From NCBI GenBank assembly GCA_951406725.2, contig OX597828.1:68138001-68202000 (forward strand): DNA of 64,000 nucleotides. Reading direction: 5' to 3'. This stretch comes from Octopus vulgaris (taxonomy: Eukaryota). The position numbers were made by a program, and so were the translations under genes. Every line of letters begins with the position of its first letter. Within the stretch, counting starts at the first letter, position 1. The notes beneath the pieces are model-generated. The model was not told the origin of the DNA and did no database searches. It saw only the letters and a list, made by a program, of their open reading frames with translations. Below, piece after piece: positions 1 to 12,900 of this stretch.

Positions 1-169
1 GCTCTTACATTTCATTTTTAGCTGGGTTCCTAAGGTTGGCTGGCCTTCCTAACACTAAATCACCTCACAGAGTGGATGTCCTTCCTACCATCAACCATTC
101 TGGATACATTATATTGATGGAATACCTTATATTGTGACATTCACACTTGACAAGATTTAACATATGTAG

Positions 170-474
170 ATGGCACGTAAAAAGCACCATCCGTAGGCAG
201 CCGATGCCAACGCCACCTCGACTGGCTTCCATGCTGGTGGCACATAAAAACCACCAACCAGTCATGGCCGTTGCCAGCCTCGCCTTGCTCCTGTGCCGGT
301 GGCACGTAAAATGCACCCACTACACTCATGGAGTAGTTGGCGTTAGGAAGGGCATCCAGCTGTAGAAACACTGCCAGATCAGACTGGAGCCTAGTGCAGC
401 CTTCTGGCTTCCCAGACCCCCGGTCGAACCGTCCAACCCATGCTAGCATGGAAAACGGACGTTAAATGATGATG
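170..474 (+). mobile_element. RTE-tail repeat (dominant family, >20 copies, e.g. 5196-5720 -, 6700-6965 +, 8195-8364 +, 12900-13205 -, 14595-14863 +, 20519-20669 -, 23401-23780 -, 26061-26210 -, 27058-27555 -, 34493-34815 -, 35247-35503 +, 39635-39925 +, 40605-40840 +, 42911-43250 -, 45002-45210 -, 57813-58390 -, 63141-63380 -)
   Basis: Conserved gttggcgttaggaagggcatccagctgtagaaa...ccatgctagcatggaaa.cggacgttaaa(c/t)gatgatgatg 3' end; source of the recurring [12 protein letters not shown] pseudo-ORFs. Confidence 0.85.
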
Positions 475-881
475 AGATCTGCTAAAACTATATAAACCAG
501 TGAGAGTTCAACAGATACAGTCTGAGACTTTAGAAATCATTGTCACTCTGTCGTTGATTTTATAAAAGTAGTTGCTAGCTTCTGTTACCAAGGGGACCAA
601 ATTAGCAGTGCGAGTAGGTGTTCTGAAACCATAGTAACCAAAATAAAAAAAACTGGTTGGAGAAAGTTCATGAAGCTGTTACTCCTGCTTGCAAAAAAAG
701 AGCTTCACCATCAGAGTAAAGAGCAGACTGTAAGATGTGTATGGATGATGACAGCTGTATAATGAAGTACTGACTGGGATATGAGGAAGGTGGAGGCCCA
801 GGAAGGTACGGGAGGAGCTGGAGAACAATAACAGGAAATACAAAAAGGCTGTTAATTTATCAGAGTCACGGATTAAATTAC

Positions 882-967
882 CTGAAAATTGCTGCTAACC
901 CATCCAACCAAAGTGTTGGGTCATGGCTACTGCCTTGCTTTACATTGACCTCTCCTTCATTAATTAG
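882..967 (-). CDS. TNPO3: TNPO3 exon 19 ([29 protein letters not shown])
   Basis: ttgcag acceptor, AG|gtaatt donor, 86 nt. Confidence 0.9.
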
Positions 968-3900
968 CTGCAATAATTTAATAGAATCATTTTAATAATT
1001 ATCACAAAAAATCAGTAACAAATGGAACATAATTAAAAATAAGTGGTGTTGTAGAAAGTCTAAGAAGGAGTGGAACATAATTTTGTATTTGTTTCCCCTT
1101 GCTGACACAGACTGGACTACTCTGACAGCATCTGGACATTTGTAGTGGACCTTCTGATAACAGAGGAAGCCAACAATCTTAGTTATTATAGTATTTTTGT
1201 TTTTTGATGTGGTTTTTTACTGCTGGACACCAATCACTTTATAGTGTGGCCTGGGAAAATATTATCCTAGCACCACTACTAAAGATGGTGCCTGTATCAA
1301 GATGATGAAAAATTACTCCCTGCCTCTTTTTACTTGTCTTGTATCTTGTGAAATTCAGGTCTTCTCTCTTCTTTCTGTTTTTTTTTATAGCAATATAAGG
1401 ATTTTGCTTTATTTCCTGGATATTTCATAATCTATTCTGACCTGAGACTAAACAACAAGAACTAGTTTCAGAGGGCGGTGATGACATGGTAGGTAACAGC
1501 AATGGCAACCAGCGGCAGCAGTGCCACCACCACCATCATCATCCTCATGAATACTGCTCTCAACAACTGGGCTGAATTCTCTTTCATTGGATCTCAGTGG
1601 GTGGACAGCTGGACCAGTGTCTGCTACATTAATACAGACATAAAATACCTATTTCTTTACTACCCACAAGGGGCTAAACACAGAGGGGACAAACAAGGAC
1701 AGACAAACGGATTAAGTGCATAACTGGTACTCAATTTATCGACCCCGAAAAGATGAAAGGCAAAGTTGACCTCAGCGGAATTTGAACTCAGAACGTAAAA
1801 TATGATGAGAGAGAAGACGTAGGAAAGGAGGACATCATCACACTTTACCTTATTTAATGGAGTTAACTGAAAAGAGCACAATTTCTTCAATCCTTCTCCA
1901 ACACTTTCATACGGTAATTGAGTCAAGATGGTTGCAGTTCCTTGGGGAGAAAATGGGTAAAAAAAATTGTTAGTTAACAATAAGTTCAACCACTGGCAAA
2001 GTTCACAAATTTGAAGAGAACAGCTGATCAGATTGCTGCCTCCCCCACTCCCTAGTATATAACTGGTACTTCACCCTATCAATCATACCACTTCTACAGT
2101 GGCTTCTATTCCTGCCTTGAATCTGGTGGGTCACATAATGTCCCCAACCAGTTCCCACCTGATGCACTCATCTCCAATTTCATCACCCACATTGTGTTCA
2201 TCAAACTTTCTCAGAACCCTATCTCTGGAATTCCCTCCCAGTCCAAGACAATCCTGTATTCATTCAAGGACATCAATTACGGATCTCAGAAGTGTCAAGG
2301 GCATGGACATAGCCCCCTTTCCACACACAACCATTAAAAAAAAAGAAAAGTCATATTGTTCCCGAACTAATCTGTTGCCACATCTGTGACAGATTTCTTT
2401 CTCAGGTAATGTGATGAGGACAAGTTAGCCAAGTTAGTTGAGTGGAGAACTACCCCTGTAATGAATTAGAGAGTAAACTTGTAACTTAAAAGGAGACAAG
2501 TGAAAAGAAAATTGACCTCATAAATAGAATGAAATGACTACAATTAGAGATCAAATGTGAGTTTCAGAGCAAACTAAAACAAGTGAAATAATGGCTTGGA
2601 GTGAAGTTTGAATTTATGATGATGATGATGGTGATGGTGATTGTTTCAACATTTTAACTGTTGAGCCATTGCAAGTGGAAATTTTTGAGTCAAATAAAAC
2701 AGAAATCAAAACTACATTGATGATACATGGTAAGGAAGTCGTCTTCACAACCAAATATTTTCAGGTTCAATCCTACGCACCACTTTAAGATAACCTATGG
2801 TAAGAGGTCTTATGTATCTTCACATTGACCAATGTCTTGAGAGTGAAATTCAGTAGACAGAAGTTGTGTAGAAGTTTCACACACACACACACACACACAT
2901 ATATATGCACACATACACATTCCTTTGTTCTCAGAGAGGGCATCAGGCCCAGTCTGATCTGGCAGTGTTTCTACGGCTGGATGCCCTTTAAGATATGCCT
3001 GCATAATGACACCCATACAACTCCATGAGGAGTTGAGGAAGGCAAGTGTGTGTGTGTGGGAGAGAGAGAGTAAAATACCCAGTAGTTTCTAGAAGGGTGG
3101 TAACTGGTAAACTTTCAGTAAGATGGCTACTGGTTTTGAAAAAGCTAAATAGCTAAACAAAAATCCCCAGGAGCTTTGCTCCAGCATGGCTATGGCCCAA
3201 TGATCAAAACGAAAAAAACAGTGAAAGAATAAAACAAAAATATTTGCAGGGTCAAACAATAAGCCCACAGAATAGAAACGTAAAACATTTGTAAGATTAC
3301 CTTTAAGCAGGCCAATGGCAGCATCGTTGGATAAATTAAAAGAATCCATGGCTTGTGCTATCTGAAGAAGGCCATCAAAGTGTTCTCTCATTTGGGAACG
3401 ACAAGCAGTGCAGATACTCTGGAGAGCAGTTGCAGACACTGATGCCAAGAGAGACTGTTGGAGACCCGCTAAGAGAAACTGTAGAACAGGATCTGAAGAG
3501 AAAACCATTTAATTTTAGCTTCATTGTAAACATTTTGATTAATGAGTGGAGAGTTGAAAGGATGGGATATTTTTTGAGATGGGCTGATGTCTGGAAGTGG
3601 ATAAAGTGTTTATTAGACAGCAGCAGTAACTGTAGCACGGAACTGATCTGTACAACATGGCATGAGTTGTCTCTCACATGTAGGATTAATTCATGGTTAA
3701 CTTGTAAATATTCATTTATTTAATATTAAAAAAATTTAATCCCAAAGGATTTAACCCTTTAGCATTCAGACATTTGTCAAATGTAATGCTTATTTATTCA
3801 TATTGTTTTGAATTAATAATGCTTATCATTTAATGGGGCTGCAAAGAGAGAGACTTGGAGACACCACTGTGAAAGGTTGCTAAATGAAGAAAATGAATGA

Positions 3901-6900
3901 GAGAAAGAGAGTCAGCCGTATGTCGACCCAACAGAGGGATCAGCTATCCGAATGGACAGTATCTTGGTAGATAAAGCAATTAAGGGTATGAAGACAGGGA
4001 AAGCCCCAGCCCATCAGGAATCACCACAGAGATGCTTAAAATGTCTGGCAGTGTCAGCTAGAGCCAAGTCACCCATATAGTCAATCAAGTGATACATGAA
4101 GGAGTCATACCAAATGACTGGTATAGCAGCACCATAGTCAGCTGCTACAAAGGTAAAGGTGTAGGGTAGGTGTGAGAGCCTAGATCTGGTCAGTTTGAAC
4201 ATAAAACAGATTAGCTATTTTGGCCGGATATGACCAGTTTAAATACTAAAGGGTTTCTAAAAGTGTAGCAGTCAGTTCCCTTAGTGCAATCTTTACAAGA
4301 AGAGCCCATATATAAGTTGTAAACAATAACGACATCATATAGATAATGAAAATGAATATAACAGCTAAAATACCAACTGATCAATAAATATAGATTAGAT
4401 TAGGGCAAAGCAAGGCAGAATCAAGCTGAGCTTCTGGGACCACCAACACTATTGCAATAGTAAATAAAAAAATTAATGAAAAAGATGAAGGTGTGTAAAC
4501 TTACCTAAAAGGTGAGGATGTTTCTCAATCCATTCACAGAGTTCTCCAATTAATTGGATACTGGTGTACCTGACCGCAACGTGGCAGTCAGCTGGTAACG
4601 ACAACATAGCTTCAATTACCTGGGGGACATCATTCTCATCTCTGAAAGTTCCAACAGACATTTATTACATGTTTGACTGTGTGAGAGCATGTATGGGTGT
4701 CTTTTTGAGTGAATGAGTGAATGTGTGTGTGTGTGTATGAGGAAGAGGAAGAGAGGGGGGGGGGAAGAAATGGCATGTGCTAATGTTGTGGTAAGAAGTT
4801 TGTTTCCCAACTACATGGTTCTGGGTTCAGACCTACTTTGCAGCACCTTGGACAAGTGCCTTCTACTATAGCCTTGGGCTGGCCAAAGCCTTGAGTGGAT
4901 TTGGTAGACGGAAACTGAAAGAAGCCTATCATTTATGTGCGTGTGTCTTTGTGTATGTATTTGGCCCTCACCACTGCTTGACATTCGCTGTTGGTGTGTT
5001 TATGTCCCCCATAACTTAGCAGCTTAGCAAAATAGACTGATAGAATAAGTGTCAGGCTTTAAAAAAATAACAAGTACTAGGGTTGATTCATTCAACTAAA
5101 AATTCAAGATGGTGCCCCAGCATGGCCGCAGTGTAATGGCTGAAACAAGTAAAAGAGATAAAAGAGCTCATTGCTTATTTCTAGGTATACATGAACATCA
5201 TCATCATCGTTTAACGTCTGCTTTCCATGCTCGCATGGGCTGGACGATTTTGACTGAGGGCTGGCGAACCAGATGGCTGCACCAGGCTCCAATTTTGATC
5301 TGGCAGAGTTTCTACAGCTGGATGCCCTTCCTAAACGCCAACCACTCCAAGAGTGTAGTGGGTGCTTTTTACTTGCCACCAGCATGGGGGCCGGTCAGGC
5401 AGTACTGGCAATGACCTCACTTGAATCTATTTACACATGCCACCAGCACAGGTGAGAGTAAGGTGCCCTTTTACGTGCCATTGGCACGGAAGCCAGTTGG
5501 CTGCTCTGGTAAAGATCATGCTTGGCTGGTGCTCTTGGCACCCTACTAGCATGGGCACAAGTGCCAGTAAGGCGGCGCTGGTAACGATCATGCTTGAATG
5601 GTGCCCTTTAAGTGCCACTGACACGGAAGCCGATTAGCCGCTCTGTCATTGATCACGCACGTATGGTGCTCTTTGCACCCTGCTAGCATGAACACCGGTC
5701 ATCGAATTTGATTTTGATTTTGATTGATTCCACATAAGTGTTGTTAACCAAATTCCACTCACAAACCATTGGTTTTGTCATCTGGCCAAGGTGCTGCACA
5801 GTAGGATTGAAACCGAGACCATGTAGTTGTTAACCAAAATGCTTAACTACACAGTAATAGTTACACTGTTAAACCTACATAGAACTGATTTTCTTAGTAT
5901 GACTGAGACGATTTAGAGGTGTTACTTACGGAGAAACATTTTTGGCAACAGCAGTCATGAGAAACAGACCTGCCTCAGCAATATCCCAGGAACTGCTAAC
6001 GGATTGTGACTGCAGAGTTGTAAACATCTAGAAAATAAACATTTAGAAATTTATTTTATAACAAAAGTTAAATGCAAAAAAAAAAAGTTAGTGGATAAGC
6101 AAGTTTGTATCATGTTTGTATCATTATGAAGTACTTCACTTGTAAATGGTGTACACCACCTAACCAGAGACAGGACTGTGATACAGCTTCCAAGTTTTGG
6201 CACAAAGCCTGCAATTTCGAGGGAGGGGGAGGTAGATCAATTAGATCAACCCCAGTACTCAACTGGTACTTATTTTATCAACCCCACCCAAAAGGATGAG
6301 AGGTAAAGTCAGCCATGGCGGAATTTGAACTCAGAACACAAAGACAGATGAAATGCTGCTAAGCATTTTGCCTGGCATGCTAATGATTCTGCCAGCTTGC
6401 CACCTTAGACAGGACTGTGATATTAACTCGGAGTGTTTGAGTTCATATTCAAATCCTCCTGACTTTCAGTAAGATTTCCGTAAACGTAATTTTGAGCTGT
6501 CGTTTTTTTTTTAAAGTTGGTTACTTCAGTAGAAAGCTGTTGTTGTTAATTGTTTATCTCTCAGCCTTCAAAGAGAAAGCATTAATTGTAAACAAATGTT
6601 TGTTTACAATTAGCATGTGATATCAAATCAAAGGTACATATACAAAAAAGCTTTTTTTTTCTAGACTACATTATCCAATGTGTTCTCCTGTATTTCTTAC
6701 TGGCACCTGTGCTGGTGGCATGTGTAAAAAGATTCAAGTGAGGTCATTGCCAGTACCACCTGACTGGCCCCCGTGCCGGTGGCACATAAAAAGCACCCAC
6801 TACACTCTCGGAGTGGCTGGCGTTAGGAAGGGCATCTAGCTGTAGAAACTCTGCCAGATCAAGATTGGAGCCTGGTGCAGCCTTCTGGTTCGCCAGCCCT

Positions 6901-9900
6901 CAGTCAAAATTGTCCAACCCATGATAGCATGGAAAGCAGACGTTAAACGCTGATGATGATGATGATAGGGTGCAATTTGAGAGGGATTTGTTAATTATGT
7001 CAGGTTGAATAACCAAATAGTCTTCCATATTGGTTCACGTGAGTTTTATAAGAAAGTCACAGCAAACAAAGTTTCTGATGCAGACAGAGTGACTAGAAAA
7101 GAGACTGACTCAGCTAAACTTGTATATAAATGTATTGTCCAATGTTTGTGACAGTATGGTGTGATTTGGGAGGTTTAATTGCTATTTCTAGCAAGATGAG
7201 TAACAACAGAGGTTCTCTTAATTAAGATATATAAATGTTCATCTGTGTTTGTTGGTGGAAAATACATAAAATTGGTGTAAAGAAAATTCTCAATTAGTTA
7301 CTACCTGTGTAAAACAAACTGATGGTCCAACAATAAATATAATATCCTTCGTTAATTCAGAGACTCTCGTTCTAAACTCTCCAAAATCTGAACTCTCATC
7401 AGGGACACCTTCCTGTAATAAAAAGGAAAAAAAAATAAAGAACAAAGAATATCGGGTTTTTACTAGACATTTTCTTGGTTCACACATAGAAATTCAATTT
7501 GCTTTGAAAATCAAATGTTATTTTATTTTTACAAGGAGGCTCCAGCCATGACCATCCCACTAAATGTTATTTTACTTTTACAAAACTACCTAATCTACAG
7601 AACATCAGTTATTGAAGTCAACTTTTATTTTGGCATTGGATCCAGTTTCTCGTCGTTTATCCCCCGAGTATACTCTCAAGGGGGTTCCAGCCAATGACTA
7701 CTTTGCTTTTTTGTTTCCCCAGCACTTCATCCAAAATGTCATTCCTTGATTTTTTTTTAACATCGTTGCCAGCTTTGCCTTACTGGCACTGTGTCCCGTG
7801 CTAGTAGGGTGCTAAGAGCACCATCCGAGCGGCTAACTGGCTTCTGTGCCGGTGGCATGTAGGAGGCACCATTTGAGCGGGATCGTTACCAGCATCACCT
7901 TACTGGCACATACAAAGCAAAATGGTAAATTGGGGATCCACTGTAGGATTTTATGGGTTCATGAAAAAACATATGCAAGAAAAAGCTAGGTTTTTTTCTC
8001 TGACATTTTACATACTTCAACCTACTCTAGTGAATGTATGATACACAAAATACGAATTTTGAAGGGAGTCTCTATAAAACTAGTTTTTAATCATCAAATG
8101 GTTATGGGGGGTCCACCAGAATCAAAAAGGGGTCCATAAGTAAAAAATGGTTGAGAACTACTGAACAACAAAAAGTGATTAGATTCAGTAAATTAAAAGC
8201 ACCTACTACACTCTCGGAGTGGTTGGCGTTAGGAAGGGCATCCAGCTGTAGAAACTCTGCCAGATCAGACTGGAGCCTGGTACAGCCATCTGGTTCACCA
8301 GTCCTCAGTCAAATCATCCAACCCATGCTAGCATGGAAAGCGGATGTTAAACGATGATGATGATGTAGATATTATAACATTTGAAGTTATGATCTTAAAG
8401 CTAGAAATACATCATCTTAAATCTCATAATATAAACAAAGTTAACAAGTGCGAAACATCTTCCTTAGAACAAAAGTCGAGCAAGAATTTAGACAAAATGT
8501 TTGGAGTCTGGCACAGCCTTCCAATGTGCCAGCCCAGTTCAAACCATCCAACCCATACCAGCATAGGCAACAGACATTAAATGATGATGATGTTCTGTAA
8601 CCTGGCATTTCTTAATACAACTATTCCAACAGATACTGGACTTACGTGATCGGGTTCAAGTTGACAATGCCGACATAAAGCTACAATCAATCTCTGAATA
8701 TAGGGACGGAATATTTCATTCATCTGGGAATCATTTTTGTGGTAGAGTTCTTCCGAAAGACGATACCAAAAATTGAAAGTGATTTCTGCAACCTGCAAGA
8801 AATAAAACACGAAACTTTCTTGAAAATGTTTTACAAACCATGAATTACCATTGAACATTCAGATCCCAAAATAAAAGAATTTTCTAGAATTATTATTATT
8901 ATTTCTAACAAAACTTTTTCCAATAAGCTTTATACTTACTTCATATAAGTGATGGCCTACACACGTTAAAAGCAGATCTAAGGATGTAAAGTCACCAAGA
9001 CCCTGAAAAAATAGAAATAAATAAATAAACAAAACACAACAACAATAATAATAATAATCATAATTGTTTCTTAAATAGGTACAAGGCCTAAATTTAGGGA
9101 AGGAGAACAGATGACTACATCAACCATAGTTCTTGACAGATGTTTTATTTTATTGACTCCAGAGAGATGAAGCGTGAGATTTGAACTCAGAACATAGAGC
9201 CAGAACAAATATTGCAAGGCATTTTGCCCAACACTCTAATTCTGCCAGCCCTCCACTGCCATTAATACCATTAGGTTGGTGCCAAACCAATTGTGGTTCA
9301 TGTAATTAATCATTTTAAAGCAAAGATTTCACTCATTTTATGCTAATGGTTTACAAGCAAATTTTACTCTATAAGATCAAACTAGAACACAGTACCAACC
9401 TAGCATTTAGCCAGGAGGCTGTCAACAACCATAGAGTTCAACAGTTCAACTCTCGTTCCAAAGCTTTTATAGAAGAGACAAGAACGTTGAGGAAGAGGAA
9501 TATCACAGACTATCAATTGATAACAACCCACTAAGGACCATTATTAAAATGAGCTTATGAAAAACAACTTGAGAGGAAACAGCAACTTATCTAACTTACC
9601 TGGTTTGGACTAGAAATTATAGCAGGTAAAAAAGATTCAGCCATTTCTGCAAAAATTCTACAATAATTGATTGTTCTGGAAAAATGAAAACAGAGTTCTG
9701 TGAAATTCTTTGATTTACTTAAGAAAACATTTGTAAAAATGAAAATATTGGGAATATGCTTGCTTAAAACCAGAATAACAATGAAAGGGGACAATTATAT
9801 AGTTTTTTACGGAGATGTACTTGCATAGCAAGTGACTTGATCTGAGATCGTGTGCTGGAACGAAAACAATTGCAGCGTGGAAGGTGTTTATAAGCCATTT

Positions 9901-12900
9901 AAGAAACACACAAAACCGTTAGTTTCACTTCAATATTTAAATTTTAATTTAATTTGTCAAAATGTTTTCATCGCTTTGAGACCGCGACCTGTTCACTGCA
10001 GCACGAAGTTTGGTCAGTGAACAGGTCGCGGTCTCAAAGCAACGAAAATATTTTGACAAATTAAATTTAAATGTTGAAGTGAATCGAACGGCTTTTGTGT
10101 GTTTCTTAAATGGCTTATAAACACCTGCCATGCTGTAATTATATAGTTAAAAAGACAGAAAGAGAAAAGGTACAGGTAGATAACATTTGTTTGTATAAGT
10201 ATCTGTACTAAAAATACACATATTACACACAGAGTGTAATATCTGAATCAAATGCATGTCAAGTGTAGATCAGACGAACCCATAATCAGAAATTTCATAA
10301 AATGAGACAGAAAATGCGTAACACCAAACTGTAAGCTGATACTAGGAATATATTACAAACAACAGTAAGATAAAAAAAATCTCCTTATTGAGAGCACATT
10401 GCAGACATGTAAACCTGAGAATAACCAATGTAATTTATAATTTAGCTGTAATAGTGAAAGTTACAAACTTACAATTATAACTGTTACATTAAGCAGATAA
10501 ATACAAAAAATCTCTTCTGGGCTAATCATGCATCTATAACAAGGAGAGCTTGCAACACATTACCCCATACAGCATCAATATATACATACACACAAAATTC
10601 CCCAACAAATTTCACTCATGGGCACTGGCATTGTTAATCCAAGGTGTGGAAGAGAAAAACTTACTCAAAAGGCCATAAAGTGGGGCTGACTACAAAACTA
10701 CATGTACCATACATGAACATGTCATGTGACCTCGGTTTAGCAGTAGTTTAATGCAGTTCTATTTGACATGCAGTCAAATCCCATGTCACACCTTTGAATA
10801 CCACACAACATACCACTATTTTGATATGTGGCATCAGTAAAGACTGCTGTCACAGACATTCAGACGATGCTCCTCCTGACAAGGTATTATTGTGACTTCA
10901 CAAGTTTCATCTTCAACATGCAACCCTGATCCCCTTTCTCTCTTGCTTACTTCTAATTTCAACCCTTCCTAGACCACCCTTACATTTAGTGGGTCATGTG
11001 ACCACTTCATCATGATGACACCTCCCACCACCACCAGACATCCTCATGCTACATAATGGCCCTTTCACTCCCCAGACCTCACAGTACTTCAAGTTAGAAA
11101 ATACTAATCATCACTGGTGGCAAATAGCATCATCACTGACCCCTCAGGGGCAGCCCCTCATAAGTATGTTCCTCCATATACCACTTTGCATCACTTCACT
11201 TCATGCTCTTGCTTGATGGAGCTGGGGTTATCCCATATAGTGGTCCCAGAGATGTCATCATGGGTATAGCTGACCAAGTCCATCAGTGCTCTCCATCGCT
11301 AGCGATCCCATGCCAGCCCCTCTGCATCCTTTTCAGGCGCATGCACAGGTCCATTCTGATGTTGGTCAGTCTAGTTTCTTCTAGTCAGTAACATAACAAG
11401 TTGAGGGTTCTTCTGGGAAAGTTACTGGTCCTCTGCAGAGCAGTCGGACGATGGGGCTGCCATCTTGGCATCAAGCCGATGTACTGTGGCTCATATGTCA
11501 CAGGCAACCAAAATCCACAACTCCCCAAGAGATTCAGTTGTAGCTGTGCTGTAACAATCCAAGCGAAGGACAAAGCCTACAACACTGGCAGAAAAATCAC
11601 TCCCTACCCCCAACAAACAGGGCAGCTTTTATCCACCACCCCAATTCCTGCAAGACCACCGTCCATGAACCATAGCCCTCAAATTTCTTATTTCCTAAGA
11701 TACAGCTGATCCAAGACGAAAACAGAAGCTTAGTTATATGTAACTAATGGTATTAACAACAACAAAAATATAACCAAAATTCTAACATACTTGTCAGTGT
11801 CCTCCTGTGCCACCGATATGTGGTAGGCTTCTTGCAAAGTTAAAACACCTTGGAACAGAGCTTTTGCTAAATCCAGATTTTTCCCCAATTCCTGAAAAAT
11901 TAATGAATGTTGTTAAAGAAAAGCAAAAGTTAAGAAATATCTAAGTGTATAAATATATATATAAGAAATTAAAAAAGGAAAGTACACACACTTTACATAG
12001 TTTTAATATGATTTTTAATATATCGACCGGTTTCACTTTCCCTATTCATGATATTAAGGTTTACTTATTTGAATATGTATATTTTTAAGAAGAAATGTTT
12101 GTCCATGTTGTGTGTGATATTTACGAGTGAATGACTTCACAAGTAGAAAAATAGGGGGAGGTAATTGGTTATTATTATTGTTATTGTTGTGGGCAAGGGA
12201 GATAACTGTTCAGCTTTCAGGAAGGGGGAGGGGAATATTTACTCAGACCAGTCTATCTCTTGCAAGGGGGCATCATAACTCTCATCGCACAAAAACCTTT
12301 AAACATAAACTAAAGGTTCACTCAATACATATAGAATATCACAAAGATGACAAAAGAAATCTATTGTTTCACTTTCGTTTCCAAACCACTGAAAATAAAT
12401 TTCTTTCCCAAATTCATTTTATGTACGCAACAGTGTTAACCCATTTATTAGTTTTACAATAGGATGCCCTTCCTATTGTTAGCCATTGAACTGTGAAGTA
12501 GAAAAGTGTTGTCAAGCAAGGAAGTGTTGTTTGGTTTGTTGTTTGTGATGTGTGCAACCCATGTTTAACCCTTTAGCAGTCCAGTAAATAAATCTTACCT
12601 CTACGCTACACAATGCTGAACAGATACAATCAGCCGCAGCTTCGTGGAGATTGGAAGGACAATCCTTGACCGACTGCAAAACAATATAAATTCACACATT
12701 AAAACAACCAATATACAGAAACGCAAATAATGCTAGGCATTACAAGGCTCAGCTTATTATCAATATTTTTTATTACTAGCTGAGCCCATGCCATCAAAAA
12801 GGACAAGCTAATTGTAGGATTTTACATAGAAAAAAGGGAACAAGAAGGTGAAAAAAAAATCAAACAGCACCTCAACTCTTGTGTATTTCTCCATCACAAC

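Noticed and set aside
65-140. Possible TNPO3 exon 20 (a GHPLCEV-like string on the minus strand)
   Set aside because: In-frame stops in the needed frame, no good splice sites, and it resembles a decayed repeat tail; exon 20 is probably left of the window.
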